Positions 19,882 to 29,991 of a stretch of 64,000 bases of DNA are shown here, in pieces. Origin of the DNA: a virus (lineage: Duplodnaviria > Caudoviricetes). The number at the start of each line of letters is the position of its first letter. The first letter of the stretch is position 1. The notes under the pieces are model-generated. The model worked only from the letters and a program-made list of their open reading frames with translations, was not told where the DNA came from and did no database searches. Position numbers and translations under genes: made by a program. The stretch covers positions 543-64,542 of the IMG/VR virus record IMGVR_UViG_3300037147_000032; one strand, written 5' to 3'.

Positions 19882-21516
19882 ATGACAGTCACTTGGAACC
19901 CATCAGACTGTTCGACTAACATCGCGCTGTCAGGTAGCAACCTGACGGCGACCAATACCTCGGCGGGTGGCAATGGCGGCGTGCGCGCGAACGTCAGTCT
20001 AACGACGGGAAAGCTTTATTGGGAAACCCTGATCGTCGCCAACAATTATACCAACTATAATACGGTCGGGGCTACCCTGCTTTCGACGGCCCTCTCCGGC
20101 GTGTACGAGGCGAACGGAGGCGTCGGCGTTGCAGCGGGTGGCGAGATTTATCTCAATGGCTCCGATTACTCTGTCACTATCGGGGATACAGTTGGGCAGG
20201 TTGTCTGCCATGCGCTTGATCTAGGGGCCATGCTCTATTGGGTGCGCCGAGGCGACGGCCCGTGGAATGCATCAGGCAGTGCCGATCCGGCAGCAGGAAC
20301 CGGGGGCATTGATGTCAGCGCAGTCTTTACCGGCGCGGTAGCGCCTTGCATGGCGTCCTCTTCTTCGACTGCCGGTCAGATGGAAGTCACCGCCGACTTC
20401 GGCGCATCGACCTATGTCTGTATCGTACCATCCGGTTTTCTCAATGTGGATGGCAGCACTCCAACGGGGCCAACTAATACCGCAGTTACGTGGGACCCGA
20501 ATGACGCGGCTGTCGGGATCACGTTGTCCGGTGGCAATCTTACTGCCGCGAATGTCGCGTCAGCGGGAAACGTCGGCGTATACGCACTTACATCTCAAAC
20601 GGCCGGCAAGTTTTACTTTGAGAGCTACTGCAATGCCAACGATACCAGCGTCTACAGCGTCGCCGGTGTGGCCCCGCGTTCCCTGTCGCTTAACAATCTT
20701 TATTCCGCAACCGGGGGCGTTGGTGTCGGCCAGAGCAGCGGCGTAGGCGAGATTATTCTCAATGCCACGCAGAACACCGCTTTGGCAACTACCAGCGTCC
20801 TGCATACCATTTGCCACGCTATCGACCTCACCGCCAAACTCTATTGGGCGAAAATCGATGGCGGCCTCTGGAATAATTCTGGCACGGCTGATCCGGCAAC
20901 CGGCGTAGGCGGCATCGATATCAGCAGCGTCTTCTCGGGACAGGCCGCCGCCCCCTTCATGTCGTCTTCATCCGCCGGGACGGCTGGTACAAGTTTCACC
21001 GCAAACTTCGGGGGCACGAGCTACGCGTATACGGCTCCGTCCGGATTTGGAAATTGGCCCGTCCTTTCGTCGCCGGCATCGAATGTGTGGGCATCCACCG
21101 AGACCCCCGACAGTATGGTTTTCCTTGTGCGTAACGGCTATCCGGGCGTGGTCGCCGATCTGGCAGTGACTGAAATCCTCGATGTGTTGGCTGCGGTGGG
21201 CTACCCGGCATCCGTAGGCACATGGATCGTACAGGAAACTCCGGACAGCATGAGCGCTCGCGTGATCCAGCCCTTGACGGGCACGCTCGCAACCACCGAA
21301 ACTCTGGACACGTTCTTGGCGCACGGCGTCGGCTTCGGTGTGAATATCGATTTTAACCTGACAGAGCTACTTGACATCGCGCACTTTTTAGTAGATGCTG
21401 TCCAACCGACCAATGGTGTGCTCGCCGCGACAGAGACACCCGACCGCTTCCAAGCGTTGGGAGCCGGGGCCGTCAGGCCCTCTACTTCACAAACCGTCAT
21501 TTTCTTTGTCGCCTAA
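19882..21516 (+). CDS. Tail fibre/adhesin with two SPRY (B30.2/ConA-like) domains and C-terminal xxTETPD repeats
   Basis: TW(N/D)P.D....LSG.NLTA...GK(L/F)Y(W/F)E occurs twice; six roughly 20-25 aa repeats follow at the C-terminus. Confidence 0.7.
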   Translation: MTVTWNPSDCSTNIALSGSNLTATNTSAGGNGGVRANVSLTTGKLYWETLIVANNYTNYNTVGATLLSTALSGVYEANGGVGVAAGGEIYLNGSDYSVTIGDTVGQVVCHALDLGAMLYWVRRGDGPWNASGSADPAAGTGGIDVSAVFTGAVAPCMASSSSTAGQMEVTADFGASTYVCIVPSGFLNVDGSTPTGPTNTAVTWDPNDAAVGITLSGGNLTAANVASAGNVGVYALTSQTAGKFYFESYCNANDTSVYSVAGVAPRSLSLNNLYSATGGVGVGQSSGVGEIILNATQNTALATTSVLHTICHAIDLTAKLYWAKIDGGLWNNSGTADPATGVGGIDISSVFSGQAAAPFMSSSSAGTAGTSFTANFGGTSYAYTAPSGFGNWPVLSSPASNVWASTETPDSMVFLVRNGYPGVVADLAVTEILDVLAAVGYPASVGTWIVQETPDSMSARVIQPLTGTLATTETLDTFLAHGVGFGVNIDFNLTELLDIAHFLVDAVQPTNGVLAATETPDRFQALGAGAVRPSTSQTVIFFVA

Positions 21517-21534
21517 CCACCGGAGGATATCTCT

Positions 21535-21915
21535 ATGCCTGTAACCTACAACACGACGCTGCGCAACACGCGCATGACGGACGTGGTCACCGCAATCGGA
21601 ACGGGTGGCTACCTCAACATCTACACGACGGGCCTCGGCACGTTGCTGTCATCCATTCCACTGGCGAACCCGGCGGGCACTGTGACGTCTGGCGTCCTCT
21701 CGTTCTCCGGCACTCCGCTCACGCAGAGTTCGGCTAACGCATCAGGCACCGCAGTCGCGGCGAACGTGACGACCGCAGTGAACGGCGGCGGCACAATCGT
21801 CATCAGCGGCCTGACGGTCGGCGTATCGGGTACCGACATCATCATGTCAAGCACGAGCATCGTTGCTGGCCAGCCTGTCACGATCACGAGCGCGTCGATC
21901 ACCGCTGGCTCCTAA
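21535..21915 (+). CDS. Small Thr/Ser-rich virion fibre subunit (putative)
   Basis: GGAGG RBS; YNTTLRNTRMTDVVTAIG..YLNIYT. Confidence 0.6.
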   Translation: MPVTYNTTLRNTRMTDVVTAIGTGGYLNIYTTGLGTLLSSIPLANPAGTVTSGVLSFSGTPLTQSSANASGTAVAANVTTAVNGGGTIVISGLTVGVSGTDIIMSSTSIVAGQPVTITSASITAGS

Positions 21916-21943
21916 CGTATACTCACGGATGGGAGTATAACGG

Positions 21944-23506
21944 GTGGGACAAACAGCCGTGGCCCCCGAAGAGGGCGTAGTCTTCAACGGCAGCACTTTG
22001 TCCGGCCCAACTCCCGGTCCGTTTGGATCGGCCGAAGGCGATGTGTTCAATGGAGTGTCGCTTCCCGGCGACAGCGGCGGCAGCAGCGGCAGCGGTGGTC
22101 TTGGTTTAGGCTACGGTACGAACCCTCCAGCGAGCCCCTTCCCGGTTGTTCCTACTCCCAGTGGTGGCCCGCTGGTCCTCACAGCCATGACACCGGGTCC
22201 CACTGCGGTCTTCACACCATACATGCAATACAACGCTGCGTCCGGTGGCACTCCTCCGTACTCATGGGAGCTAATCGGCGGCGCGCTTCCGTTGGGTACC
22301 GACCAGAAGATTTTATCGACGAACGGTGTCCTCGATCAGATTTACGGCAATTTTCTGCTCCAGACCGGACCATTCAGCTATACGCTCCAAGTCACCGACA
22401 GTTCTGGCGTTGTTTCCCTCGCCTATATCGGCAACGACACATATGCGAGCAATCCTATCACCACTTTCTCGGGCGGCAGTCTTTCAACAACCAACGACAA
22501 TCAACTTGCGATACTTGTGTTCGTCTCATCGAATGAAAGCGCCGCATCAGCAGTTGCCCAGATCACGTCGGTAACGACGAATGGTAACGTGCTGACATTC
22601 ACGCGTGTCTTCCATGACGAGAGTTTCACCTTCTCTGACAGTGCGGGTGACAGCGGCGCTCCGGTAGCGACGATCTCAGTTGACATCTTCACTGCCCCCG
22701 TGCCTACGCAAATATCGTCCCTTGGTTGGACGGCGCACGGCAATGGCAACGTCGCTCATGGCACTGTCATGAGGTTCACTGTCAACGGGCTGGCTGACAT
22801 CAACCATCCATTCGATCCCGCATTCCCCAACGTCGCGAAGAACCTGACCGGCACGGCGAGTGCCCCGACGAACACCGGGATCACCACGAGTAATCCGGGA
22901 GGGCTTCTGTTCGGCATCACGATCAACCACACCACGGGCGGCGGTGTCGATACCACGCCTGTACCTGATCCGACTGGCTGGGTTCCGATCCCCGGCGGCA
23001 CTCAAGACAATAGCGGCGGCTCCAGTGGCTTCTCCCTCATGGCTTCGAACAAAGAAGCTCCCACGGTGCTGAACAATATCACGGTCACTGATGGGTTCAC
23101 GGACAATTTCTGGTATCAGGTCATCTTTGCATTCATCGGTTCTCCCGGCGGTTCGCAACAGGTCGCTACGGCCACTATCACCGGGGATGTCACACCGGTC
23201 ATGCCCGGCACTGTCACGTTTGATGGGCCTACGGGAGATGGGAGTGGGAATTTGATCACGGGCAGTGGCACCGGTGCTTATTTCATCGTGCCCCCTTACA
23301 ACATCCTCATGATCGAGATGTTCGCGGGCACTGATGGCCCCACCACCCTCGCATCTACGCTAGGTGCACGTTTTTCGTCGGAAGGATCAGAGACAACTAT
23401 CATTCTCACACCGAGCGATCCCGGCGCTCCGATTATAGGCGGCCCCATGCAATACGCCATCGGTGGGGGCAGCCCCGCCGGTCATATCACCTTTACATGG
23501 AGTTGA
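21944..23506 (+). CDS. Virion protein with an Ig-like domain
   Basis: ASGGTPPYSW..GALP.G...FSYTLQVTDS Ig-like signature. Confidence 0.65.
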   Translation: MGQTAVAPEEGVVFNGSTLSGPTPGPFGSAEGDVFNGVSLPGDSGGSSGSGGLGLGYGTNPPASPFPVVPTPSGGPLVLTAMTPGPTAVFTPYMQYNAASGGTPPYSWELIGGALPLGTDQKILSTNGVLDQIYGNFLLQTGPFSYTLQVTDSSGVVSLAYIGNDTYASNPITTFSGGSLSTTNDNQLAILVFVSSNESAASAVAQITSVTTNGNVLTFTRVFHDESFTFSDSAGDSGAPVATISVDIFTAPVPTQISSLGWTAHGNGNVAHGTVMRFTVNGLADINHPFDPAFPNVAKNLTGTASAPTNTGITTSNPGGLLFGITINHTTGGGVDTTPVPDPTGWVPIPGGTQDNSGGSSGFSLMASNKEAPTVLNNITVTDGFTDNFWYQVIFAFIGSPGGSQQVATATITGDVTPVMPGTVTFDGPTGDGSGNLITGSGTGAYFIVPPYNILMIEMFAGTDGPTTLASTLGARFSSEGSETTIILTPSDPGAPIIGGPMQYAIGGGSPAGHITFTWS

Positions 23507-23507
23507 A

Positions 23508-24506
23508 ATGAGCCCGCATGTTTACGTACAGGGAATGCACGGCCTTGGCGATACGATCCATCAGCGCGCGGTCATCCGTCAAAAACTAGCAGCGGGAAAC
23601 AAGGTCACGCTGGAAACATCGTGGCCGTCGCTGTATCACGATCTCGTCGGCGACAACTTCAAGCTCGCGCGACGTGGCAAGGTGGGGCTCCACTCTCAAG
23701 ACAAGAACTCACAACGCGAGAGCGATAAGTTCTCCGCGATGCGCTTCGGCGTTGGCATGCAGGCGATGCGCGTGGCCTATAGTGGCCAACAGGTGTTGCG
23801 CACACCGAGCAAGACAGTTCTGGAGGCGATGTGCAATGCGACGGGGACAAGCTACGAGGAGGCTGATTATCGCCTTCCTGTTCCGAGTATCTGGTACCGA
23901 CTTCTTTGCGAAGCACTCGGACCGATCCCGGTCGCCGGCTACGAAAAACCGTGGCTCATATATCGGCCCCTTGTCGCCCGACCTGAATGGCGCGGCTCAA
24001 TACTCCGTAATGCTGACCCCGCGTCTTACTACACTCTCTTTGGAGAAATACGGGACCGCTATTTTGTCATCTCGATCGCGGACCTCGAAGCAGGCAAGGA
24101 ATGGCTCGCGTACCCCGAACAAGAGATCAAAGCGGACTTGACTTTCCACCATGGAGAGTTGGTTTGCGAAGCTCTGGTTGCTCTTTTCAAGCAATCCGAC
24201 CTCGTGTTCACTTCGAGCGGCTTCCCGGCTATCCTCGCGCCGGCAGTCGGAACGCCCTGCATTTCCATCGTTGGAGGCTACGAATACCCGGGCTGCCATG
24301 ACAGCGCCGCGCGCTTCGCTCCCTATTTATCAATTGGCCCGAGAACCTCGTGCTCGTGCTGGACATCCACATGTCGTCAAGTGTGTGACAAGTCATTCGA
24401 TCTTACGGTCGCTCGGGCCAAGATTGATAAGTTTCTGTCCAAAACAGTTATTCAAATCTCGTATCCCCAAGTTGGGGTCGAACGTACCCAGATTGGGGTC
24501 GTATGA
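23508..24506 (+). CDS. Glycosyltransferase, GT9-like (GT-B fold)
   Basis: N-terminal GMHGLGDTI; C-terminal LVALFKQSDLVFTSSGFPAILAPAVGTPCISIVG and a Cys cluster. Confidence 0.7.
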   Translation: MSPHVYVQGMHGLGDTIHQRAVIRQKLAAGNKVTLETSWPSLYHDLVGDNFKLARRGKVGLHSQDKNSQRESDKFSAMRFGVGMQAMRVAYSGQQVLRTPSKTVLEAMCNATGTSYEEADYRLPVPSIWYRLLCEALGPIPVAGYEKPWLIYRPLVARPEWRGSILRNADPASYYTLFGEIRDRYFVISIADLEAGKEWLAYPEQEIKADLTFHHGELVCEALVALFKQSDLVFTSSGFPAILAPAVGTPCISIVGGYEYPGCHDSAARFAPYLSIGPRTSCSCWTSTCRQVCDKSFDLTVARAKIDKFLSKTVIQISYPQVGVERTQIGVV

Positions 24507-25141
24507 CTTTCGCTCACGTGCAACGCCCGCCAACATTCCGGCTCGTCCAGCGCGCACCGACCACGCAAGAGGCGGCCATAGTCATGGGTGGTGGCGGCGA
24601 TCCGTTCGCGGAGTACGAACAGGCCCGCGATCTCTGCGCAAGGGCTGGCCGTACTGTCACTATCTTCGCTGGCAACGACATGATAGAAAAGTTCCCACAC
24701 TACGTCAATCACGCCGTCACTCTTCACCCTGATAAACTCCAGTTGTGGCTGCCTCGCCGCCGCGCCGCCGGGTTCAATGTCCCGGACAAGGTCTGGGCAC
24801 ATCGGGAGTACGCAGGCGCTGTGACGGACTGGACGCGGGACTGGGCTGGCTCAACCGGCCTGTTTTGCGGCAAGATCGCGCGGGAGCTAGGGTTCGTCCA
24901 CATCATCCTGTGCGGCGTACCTATGACGGAAGAGGCGAACCACTTCATCCGCAATGAACCGTGGAAACACGCCAACGGTTTTATTCGGGGCTGGAACGCG
25001 CATCTGGAAGAGTTGAGACCCTACGTCCGCAGTTACAGCGGATGGACGAAAGAACAACTGGGAGAGCCTACCGAGCAATGGCTTCGAGAAACCATTGTTG
25101 ATCAGCATTCGAACCTGCCGCAGACAGGACTACGAGCATGA
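24503..25141 (+). CDS. Maf/DUF115 (sialyltransferase-like fold) putative glycosyltransferase
   Basis: IVMGGG, FAGND and GSTGLF..KIARELGFVHIILCGVPM motifs. Confidence 0.55.
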   Translation: MTFAHVQRPPTFRLVQRAPTTQEAAIVMGGGGDPFAEYEQARDLCARAGRTVTIFAGNDMIEKFPHYVNHAVTLHPDKLQLWLPRRRAAGFNVPDKVWAHREYAGAVTDWTRDWAGSTGLFCGKIARELGFVHIILCGVPMTEEANHFIRNEPWKHANGFIRGWNAHLEELRPYVRSYSGWTKEQLGEPTEQWLRETIVDQHSNLPQTGLRA

Positions 25142-25260
25142 AACGAAATTTTGGTATTCCGTCAGAAGTCGGACCCGCAAAGCCGGGATGCGTGTTCTTG
25201 TACTTCGTGTTGGCAATGCTGTGCTTCATGGCCGCCGGGGCCGTCAAGTCGTGCACATGA
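25138..25260 (+). CDS. Small membrane peptide
   Basis: ATGA-coupled; MKRNFGIP...[23 protein letters not shown]. Confidence 0.4.
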   Translation: MKRNFGIPSEVGPAKPGCVFLYFVLAMLCFMAAGAVKSCT

Positions 25261-25385
25261 AGCCCGACCCAGCTAATGACTACATCCTGCCGATCATCGG
25301 CATCTGTTTGCTGGTGTGGGTTGTCTATCGAGGCTGGCTACCGTTCGAAGTCGTGAAAGCAATGATCGAGGACATAACGAAATGA
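25257..25385 (+). CDS. Small membrane peptide
   Basis: ATGA-coupled on both sides; [16 protein letters not shown]. Confidence 0.45.
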   Translation: MKPDPANDYILPIIGICLLVWVVYRGWLPFEVVKAMIEDITK

Positions 25386-26404
25386 CAACAGCTTTAATTA
25401 CGGGTATTGCCGGACAGGACGGCAGTTACTTGGCCGAGTTGCTGCTCGACAAGGGCTATGAGGTTCACGGCATCAAGCGGCGGGCTTCCAATTTCAACAC
25501 CGCGCGCATCGATCATCTGCCTGATCTCAAGCTGCACTATGGCGACATGACGGATGGATCGAGCCTGATACGCATCTTGGATAGCGTATGCCCGGATGAG
25601 ATTTACAATCTCGCTGCACAGTCTCACGTGCAAGTCTCGTTCGAAACGCCGGAGTACACTGCGAACGCTGACGGATTGGGTGCGATGCGTCTGCTTGAGG
25701 ATATTCGCATAAGCGGAGCCAATGCGCGGCTCTATCAGGCCTCTACGTCAGAACTTTACGGCAATGCTCTTGCAGGCGGCCACGGGGGAAGTCTTCTCAA
25801 TGAAAAATCGCCGTTCATGCCGCGCTCGCCCTACGCAGTGGCGAAGCTCTATGCCTACTGGATCACCGTGAACTATCGCGAGGCTTATGGCATCCATGCG
25901 TCGAATGGCATATTGTTCAACCATGAGAGCCCACGGCGTGGTCCGACGTTCGTGACGCGCAAGATCACTCAGGCGGTCGCCGCGATCTCGGAAGGCAAGC
26001 AGGACTGCATGTGGCTGGGCAACATAGACAGCCATCGGGACTGGGGCCACGCCCGCGACTACGTCGAGGCGATGTGGCTGGCACTCCAGCAAGACAAGCC
26101 GGATGATTACGTCGTCGCGACTGGCGAAGCCTACTCCGTCCGCGAGTTCGTCGAGATAGCGTTCGAAATGGTTGGTATCGAAGTCGGCTGGTTCAACAAA
26201 GGCATCCATGAGATCGGCGTCAACACCAAGACCATGCGGCCGGTGGTTCGGATCGACCCGAAGTATTTTCGTCCGACTGAGGTTGACTTTCTACGTGGAG
26301 ATGCTACCAAGGCGCGCGAAAAGCTCGGCTGGGCTCCCAAGGTCAGCTTCCGCGACCTTGTGCACGAGATGGTAGTCAGCGACGTGAAGGCATTGACCAA
26401 ATGA
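25382..26404 (+). CDS. gmd: GDP-mannose 4,6-dehydratase
   Basis: [56 protein letters not shown] and [10 protein letters not shown] motifs. Confidence 0.95.
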   Translation: MTTALITGIAGQDGSYLAELLLDKGYEVHGIKRRASNFNTARIDHLPDLKLHYGDMTDGSSLIRILDSVCPDEIYNLAAQSHVQVSFETPEYTANADGLGAMRLLEDIRISGANARLYQASTSELYGNALAGGHGGSLLNEKSPFMPRSPYAVAKLYAYWITVNYREAYGIHASNGILFNHESPRRGPTFVTRKITQAVAAISEGKQDCMWLGNIDSHRDWGHARDYVEAMWLALQQDKPDDYVVATGEAYSVREFVEIAFEMVGIEVGWFNKGIHEIGVNTKTMRPVVRIDPKYFRPTEVDFLRGDATKAREKLGWAPKVSFRDLVHEMVVSDVKALTK

Positions 26405-27210
26405 ATGAGGATACTCGCGTCGTAGTTTGCTGTTACGAGGGTGACAGCCATCAGGTCATCGAAGCTTTGGAGTTCTTTCTCCATCACGGGTGCCCGCTCA
26501 CGGTTCTGTCCCCTGAGGATAGCAAAGCCGATGTGCGATATCCCGGCGTCGATAATATCTTTGGGGGCAAGCGCGCTTACATCGGACAGGACAGCCTTGA
26601 TCGGCAGGCCATTCATCTTCGCCTCCTGTTACAGTATCCTGAGAACCACTTTCTGATCCACGACGCCGACAGCGTCTTGCTCGATCCGAAAATCCCTGAC
26701 TATCTTTACGCCGAACCGGACGTAGTCTGGTCAAACCAAGTCGATGACGCGATCCCGGAGCATCAGGGCTCCTTTCCCGAAGGCTGGCCGCATGTCGCGT
26801 TTCAGCCGCCATATTTCTTGAGCCGCAAAACAATCGAAGCGATGCTAGTCCCATACGATCAACATCACCCATTTACAGTCGCATCGCCCATGATGCCTTT
26901 CATCGATTTCTTCATGGTGCAGTTGACCATGTGCGCTGGCCTGCCGTGGAAGCGGATGATGGACTGTATCTCCTGCCCGATCTCGATTGACCTACGCAAA
27001 GTCAATCCTCCCAAGACTGATCTCGACACGTATGACATGGGCATGAAGATCGCGATGGAAAGCGTTCTCAACCGGGGCACGAGCGTGCTTCACTCGGTCA
27101 AGAATTCGGTCGCCATCCGCAAGTTGGCGGCTGCACGTCAGGAATATCTCAAGAACCACCCTGACGCCGCGCCAGTATTTTTCCCCGCCCCGGTGATCCG
27201 AAAGGGCTGA
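26401..27210 (+). CDS. Putative GT-A glycosyltransferase
   Basis: [10 protein letters not shown] DxD motif; located inside the sugar cluster. Confidence 0.45.
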   Translation: MNEDTRVVVCCYEGDSHQVIEALEFFLHHGCPLTVLSPEDSKADVRYPGVDNIFGGKRAYIGQDSLDRQAIHLRLLLQYPENHFLIHDADSVLLDPKIPDYLYAEPDVVWSNQVDDAIPEHQGSFPEGWPHVAFQPPYFLSRKTIEAMLVPYDQHHPFTVASPMMPFIDFFMVQLTMCAGLPWKRMMDCISCPISIDLRKVNPPKTDLDTYDMGMKIAMESVLNRGTSVLHSVKNSVAIRKLAAARQEYLKNHPDAAPVFFPAPVIRKG

Positions 27211-27212
27211 TC

Positions 27213-28097
27213 GTGCTCGACCTTCCCAACGTCACGCTGCTCTTCGTCGAAACCCGCGCGCACGGGATAACCGAGCGTGTGATCGCTGATTGTATCTCAA
27301 AGTGTAATTTCGGCGAGATTTTGCTTTATACCGACAAGCCTGATCTCATTCGGTTCAATCCTAACAGCCGCGCACGCACTATCCTCGTGCCTGACTTCCC
27401 TGACAAGAGAGCGGCTGGACAGTTCTACTATCAGCATGCATGCGCTGGGATCACCACGGACTTCGCGCTGATGCTAGAATGGGACGCTGGCATCTATGAC
27501 GCCTCGAAGTGGAAACCGGAATTCTTGGATTATGACTACGTCGGAGCGCCTTGGCAAGTGCGTCCCAACGAACGCGATGATGTAGGCAATGGTGGCTTCA
27601 CGATCATGTCCAAGCGTCTCGGGACGTTCCTGCATGAGAACGCCGACCGCTATCCAGTCTACACGGATGTCGATCTCTGCCGCAGACATCGTGTGGGGCT
27701 GGAGGGCGAAGGTTTCAAGTGGCCATCCAACACTCTCGCCGGACAATTCTCATGGGAGCTTTTACCGCGTGACCCAGATCACTTTGGTTTCCACGGTACG
27801 TTCAACTGGCCCACCATGCTGCCCCGAAAAGAGATTATCGAACGGGCCAAGATCATGTTGACATCGCCTTACCTCATAGGCAAGATGCGCGACCTGATCA
27901 TTCGTGGAAAAGCAACATGGCTTGAGAAAGAACTGGGCGAAGAGCTTTGGACAAAATATCTCAGCTATCATCCGGCAATCCCAAACCGTCATGGACGTCC
28001 TCAATTCTCATCTCAACAACGTCAGAACATGGGCCGCCTTCTAGCGGAACGACAAGCGGCTCATATGGTTCTCCAATCGAAAGGGCTAAAAGCGTGA
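27213..28097 (+). CDS. DUF5672-like putative glycosyltransferase
   Basis: LDLPNVTL, EWDAGI, FLDYDYVGAPW, VGNGGFTIMSKR and FGFHG motifs. Confidence 0.75.
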   Translation: MLDLPNVTLLFVETRAHGITERVIADCISKCNFGEILLYTDKPDLIRFNPNSRARTILVPDFPDKRAAGQFYYQHACAGITTDFALMLEWDAGIYDASKWKPEFLDYDYVGAPWQVRPNERDDVGNGGFTIMSKRLGTFLHENADRYPVYTDVDLCRRHRVGLEGEGFKWPSNTLAGQFSWELLPRDPDHFGFHGTFNWPTMLPRKEIIERAKIMLTSPYLIGKMRDLIIRGKATWLEKELGEELWTKYLSYHPAIPNRHGRPQFSSQQRQNMGRLLAERQAAHMVLQSKGLKA

Positions 28098-29026
28098 TCA
28101 AATCAAACTCCTGTATCGTCGTCACCGGGGCGAACGGCCTCGCCGGCTCCGCCGTTGTCGATCACCTGAAAAAGGCCTACACGTGCGTCGTGCCTGTTAC
28201 GCGTGGCGTCTGCGATCTCAAGAACCACGGGATGGTCGCAGAGACCTTCCGGCGTATCGGACCTGAGTATGTCTTCCACGCCGCCGCGACGGTCTATGGC
28301 TTGGGCGGTAACATGAGAAATCAGGGGAAGTCATTTCTCGAAAACACCCTGATCAATACCGCCGTGATCGACGCGGCGCAGAAGTGCGGGGTCAAGAAGT
28401 TCATCGCCATGGGCACCAACGCGGTCTACCCGTGGCCGCCAGTTCTGCCATACCGTGAGGAAACCATCTTCGATGGTCGGCCGCACGATGGCGAAGCTGG
28501 ATATGGTCACGCGAAGCGCCACATGCTTGCGATGCTCGAAGCATACAACGAGAGCTACGGGATGGACTACACCTATCTTGTCTCTGGCAATCTCTTCGGC
28601 CCTCGCGATACATTCGATATCGAGAACGGCCACGTGCTGCCGTCCCTGATCGCGAAGTTCTATGAGGCGTCCCAAAGCTGGGACGAGCTGGTCAGCGTTT
28701 GGGGCGATGGTTCGCCGACACGAGACTTCATGTATAGCCTCGATCTTGCGCGCATCGTTCGCATGGTGCTGGAGAACGACACGACTGGAGCGATCAACAT
28801 CGGCAGTGGCGACCGGCGCAGCATCGACTACGTCTGCCGGCGGCTGTGCAGCATCAGTGGTGTCGACTACGACCGCGTTCGCTATGACAAGACCAAGCCG
28901 AACGGGCGACCGGACTGCTACGCCGATCTCTCGAAGCTTCGAGCAGCCGGTTTTTCTCTGGAGTGGGGATTTGATGAGGCTTTGAAATCGACTTACAAGT
29001 GGTTCGCCGCTTCGCAGGCTGCCTAG
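28094..29026 (+). CDS. fcl: GDP-L-fucose-synthase-like SDR with a variant active site
   Basis: VTGANGLAGSA, YGHAK (YxxxK), NLFGPRDTF..NGHVLPSLI and VWGDGSPTRDF motifs. Confidence 0.8.
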   Translation: MIKSNSCIVVTGANGLAGSAVVDHLKKAYTCVVPVTRGVCDLKNHGMVAETFRRIGPEYVFHAAATVYGLGGNMRNQGKSFLENTLINTAVIDAAQKCGVKKFIAMGTNAVYPWPPVLPYREETIFDGRPHDGEAGYGHAKRHMLAMLEAYNESYGMDYTYLVSGNLFGPRDTFDIENGHVLPSLIAKFYEASQSWDELVSVWGDGSPTRDFMYSLDLARIVRMVLENDTTGAINIGSGDRRSIDYVCRRLCSISGVDYDRVRYDKTKPNGRPDCYADLSKLRAAGFSLEWGFDEALKSTYKWFAASQAA

Positions 29027-29105
29027 CGATAACTGCCAGTTGTTCCAATGGTCTGGGAATGCTAAACAAGGGGGTCTCAAATCCCCTCGTGAAAGGCAGT
29101 CTCCC

Positions 29106-29495
29106 ATGTTGTCAGTCCTCACCGCTCTCGAAGTCAACCTGATTGTCGGCGTCGTGTGCCTTGTCTTGGGCATCGTTTTCTCGACCAAGCTTCTGGATAC
29201 CTTGAAAGGCGTCCCGTCCGATCTGCGCACCGCGCTCAACAGCGTCGAAAAGAACGCCGTCGCGACAATCGCCGCTGCGAAAACTTCTGCCATCGCCGCT
29301 CTGCCTGTTGTCGCTGCCCTTCCGAAGGTCGCTGCGCCCGTCGTGAAGACCGCTGTTGCCGCCCCCGCCGCTGTTCTGGTCCCGGCCGCTCCCGTCGAGA
29401 AGGTGGCACTTGCACCCGGCTCCGCCGCTCCCATCGCCAACGCCGCAACGCCGACCATCGTCAGTGGTCCCGGCCCCGGCCCCGCCGTCGTCTAA
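29106..29495 (+). CDS. Membrane-anchored Ala/Pro-rich protein in the lysis region
   Basis: One N-terminal TM segment. Confidence 0.55.
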   Translation: MLSVLTALEVNLIVGVVCLVLGIVFSTKLLDTLKGVPSDLRTALNSVEKNAVATIAAAKTSAIAALPVVAALPKVAAPVVKTAVAAPAAVLVPAAPVEKVALAPGSAAPIANAATPTIVSGPGPGPAVV

Positions 29496-29975
29496 ATGAG
29501 CGATGGTCGGATATACGTCATTTACGGACAGGGCGGCATCATCACCTCTGGCGGAATGAAGCTGCTCGCCAACCGAATACAGGCGCAATGGCCAAAATCG
29601 ATCGTCACGACGCATTCATGGGACGATCCGAATGCAATCGCTGCGGATATGGCGCGCTACACGTCGCTCGTTAAAATCCTGATCGGATACTCGCTCGGGG
29701 CAAACTGTGTGACATGGGTGGCTGATATCTTCAAAGGACCGATTGACCTCGCCGTATGCTACGATCCATCAGTACTGTCTATCGTGAAAAATCCGACTGC
29801 GAATGTAAAGCGGCTTATTCTCTATCACAACACCGATATCGAGCCCGAAGGTCACGCGGTATTTCTGGGTCCTCAAGTCGAGACGACGCAAATATCAATG
29901 GCGCATCTGGCGATCTGCTACAGCGAGATGTTGCACCAGAAGACGCTGGCGGCGATTGGAAAATGTTTGAACTGA
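29496..29975 (+). CDS. Minimal alpha/beta-hydrolase (esterase-like)
   Basis: LIGYSLG nucleophile elbow with downstream YDP and AH motifs. Confidence 0.6.
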   Translation: MSDGRIYVIYGQGGIITSGGMKLLANRIQAQWPKSIVTTHSWDDPNAIAADMARYTSLVKILIGYSLGANCVTWVADIFKGPIDLAVCYDPSVLSIVKNPTANVKRLILYHNTDIEPEGHAVFLGPQVETTQISMAHLAICYSEMLHQKTLAAIGKCLN

Positions 29976-29991
29976 TCTGGAGTTTCCCCCT

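Noticed and set aside
23508-29026. Bacterial O-antigen locus or host contamination
   Set aside because: The genes are coupled within the phage late operon, and no flippase, polymerase or ligase genes are present.
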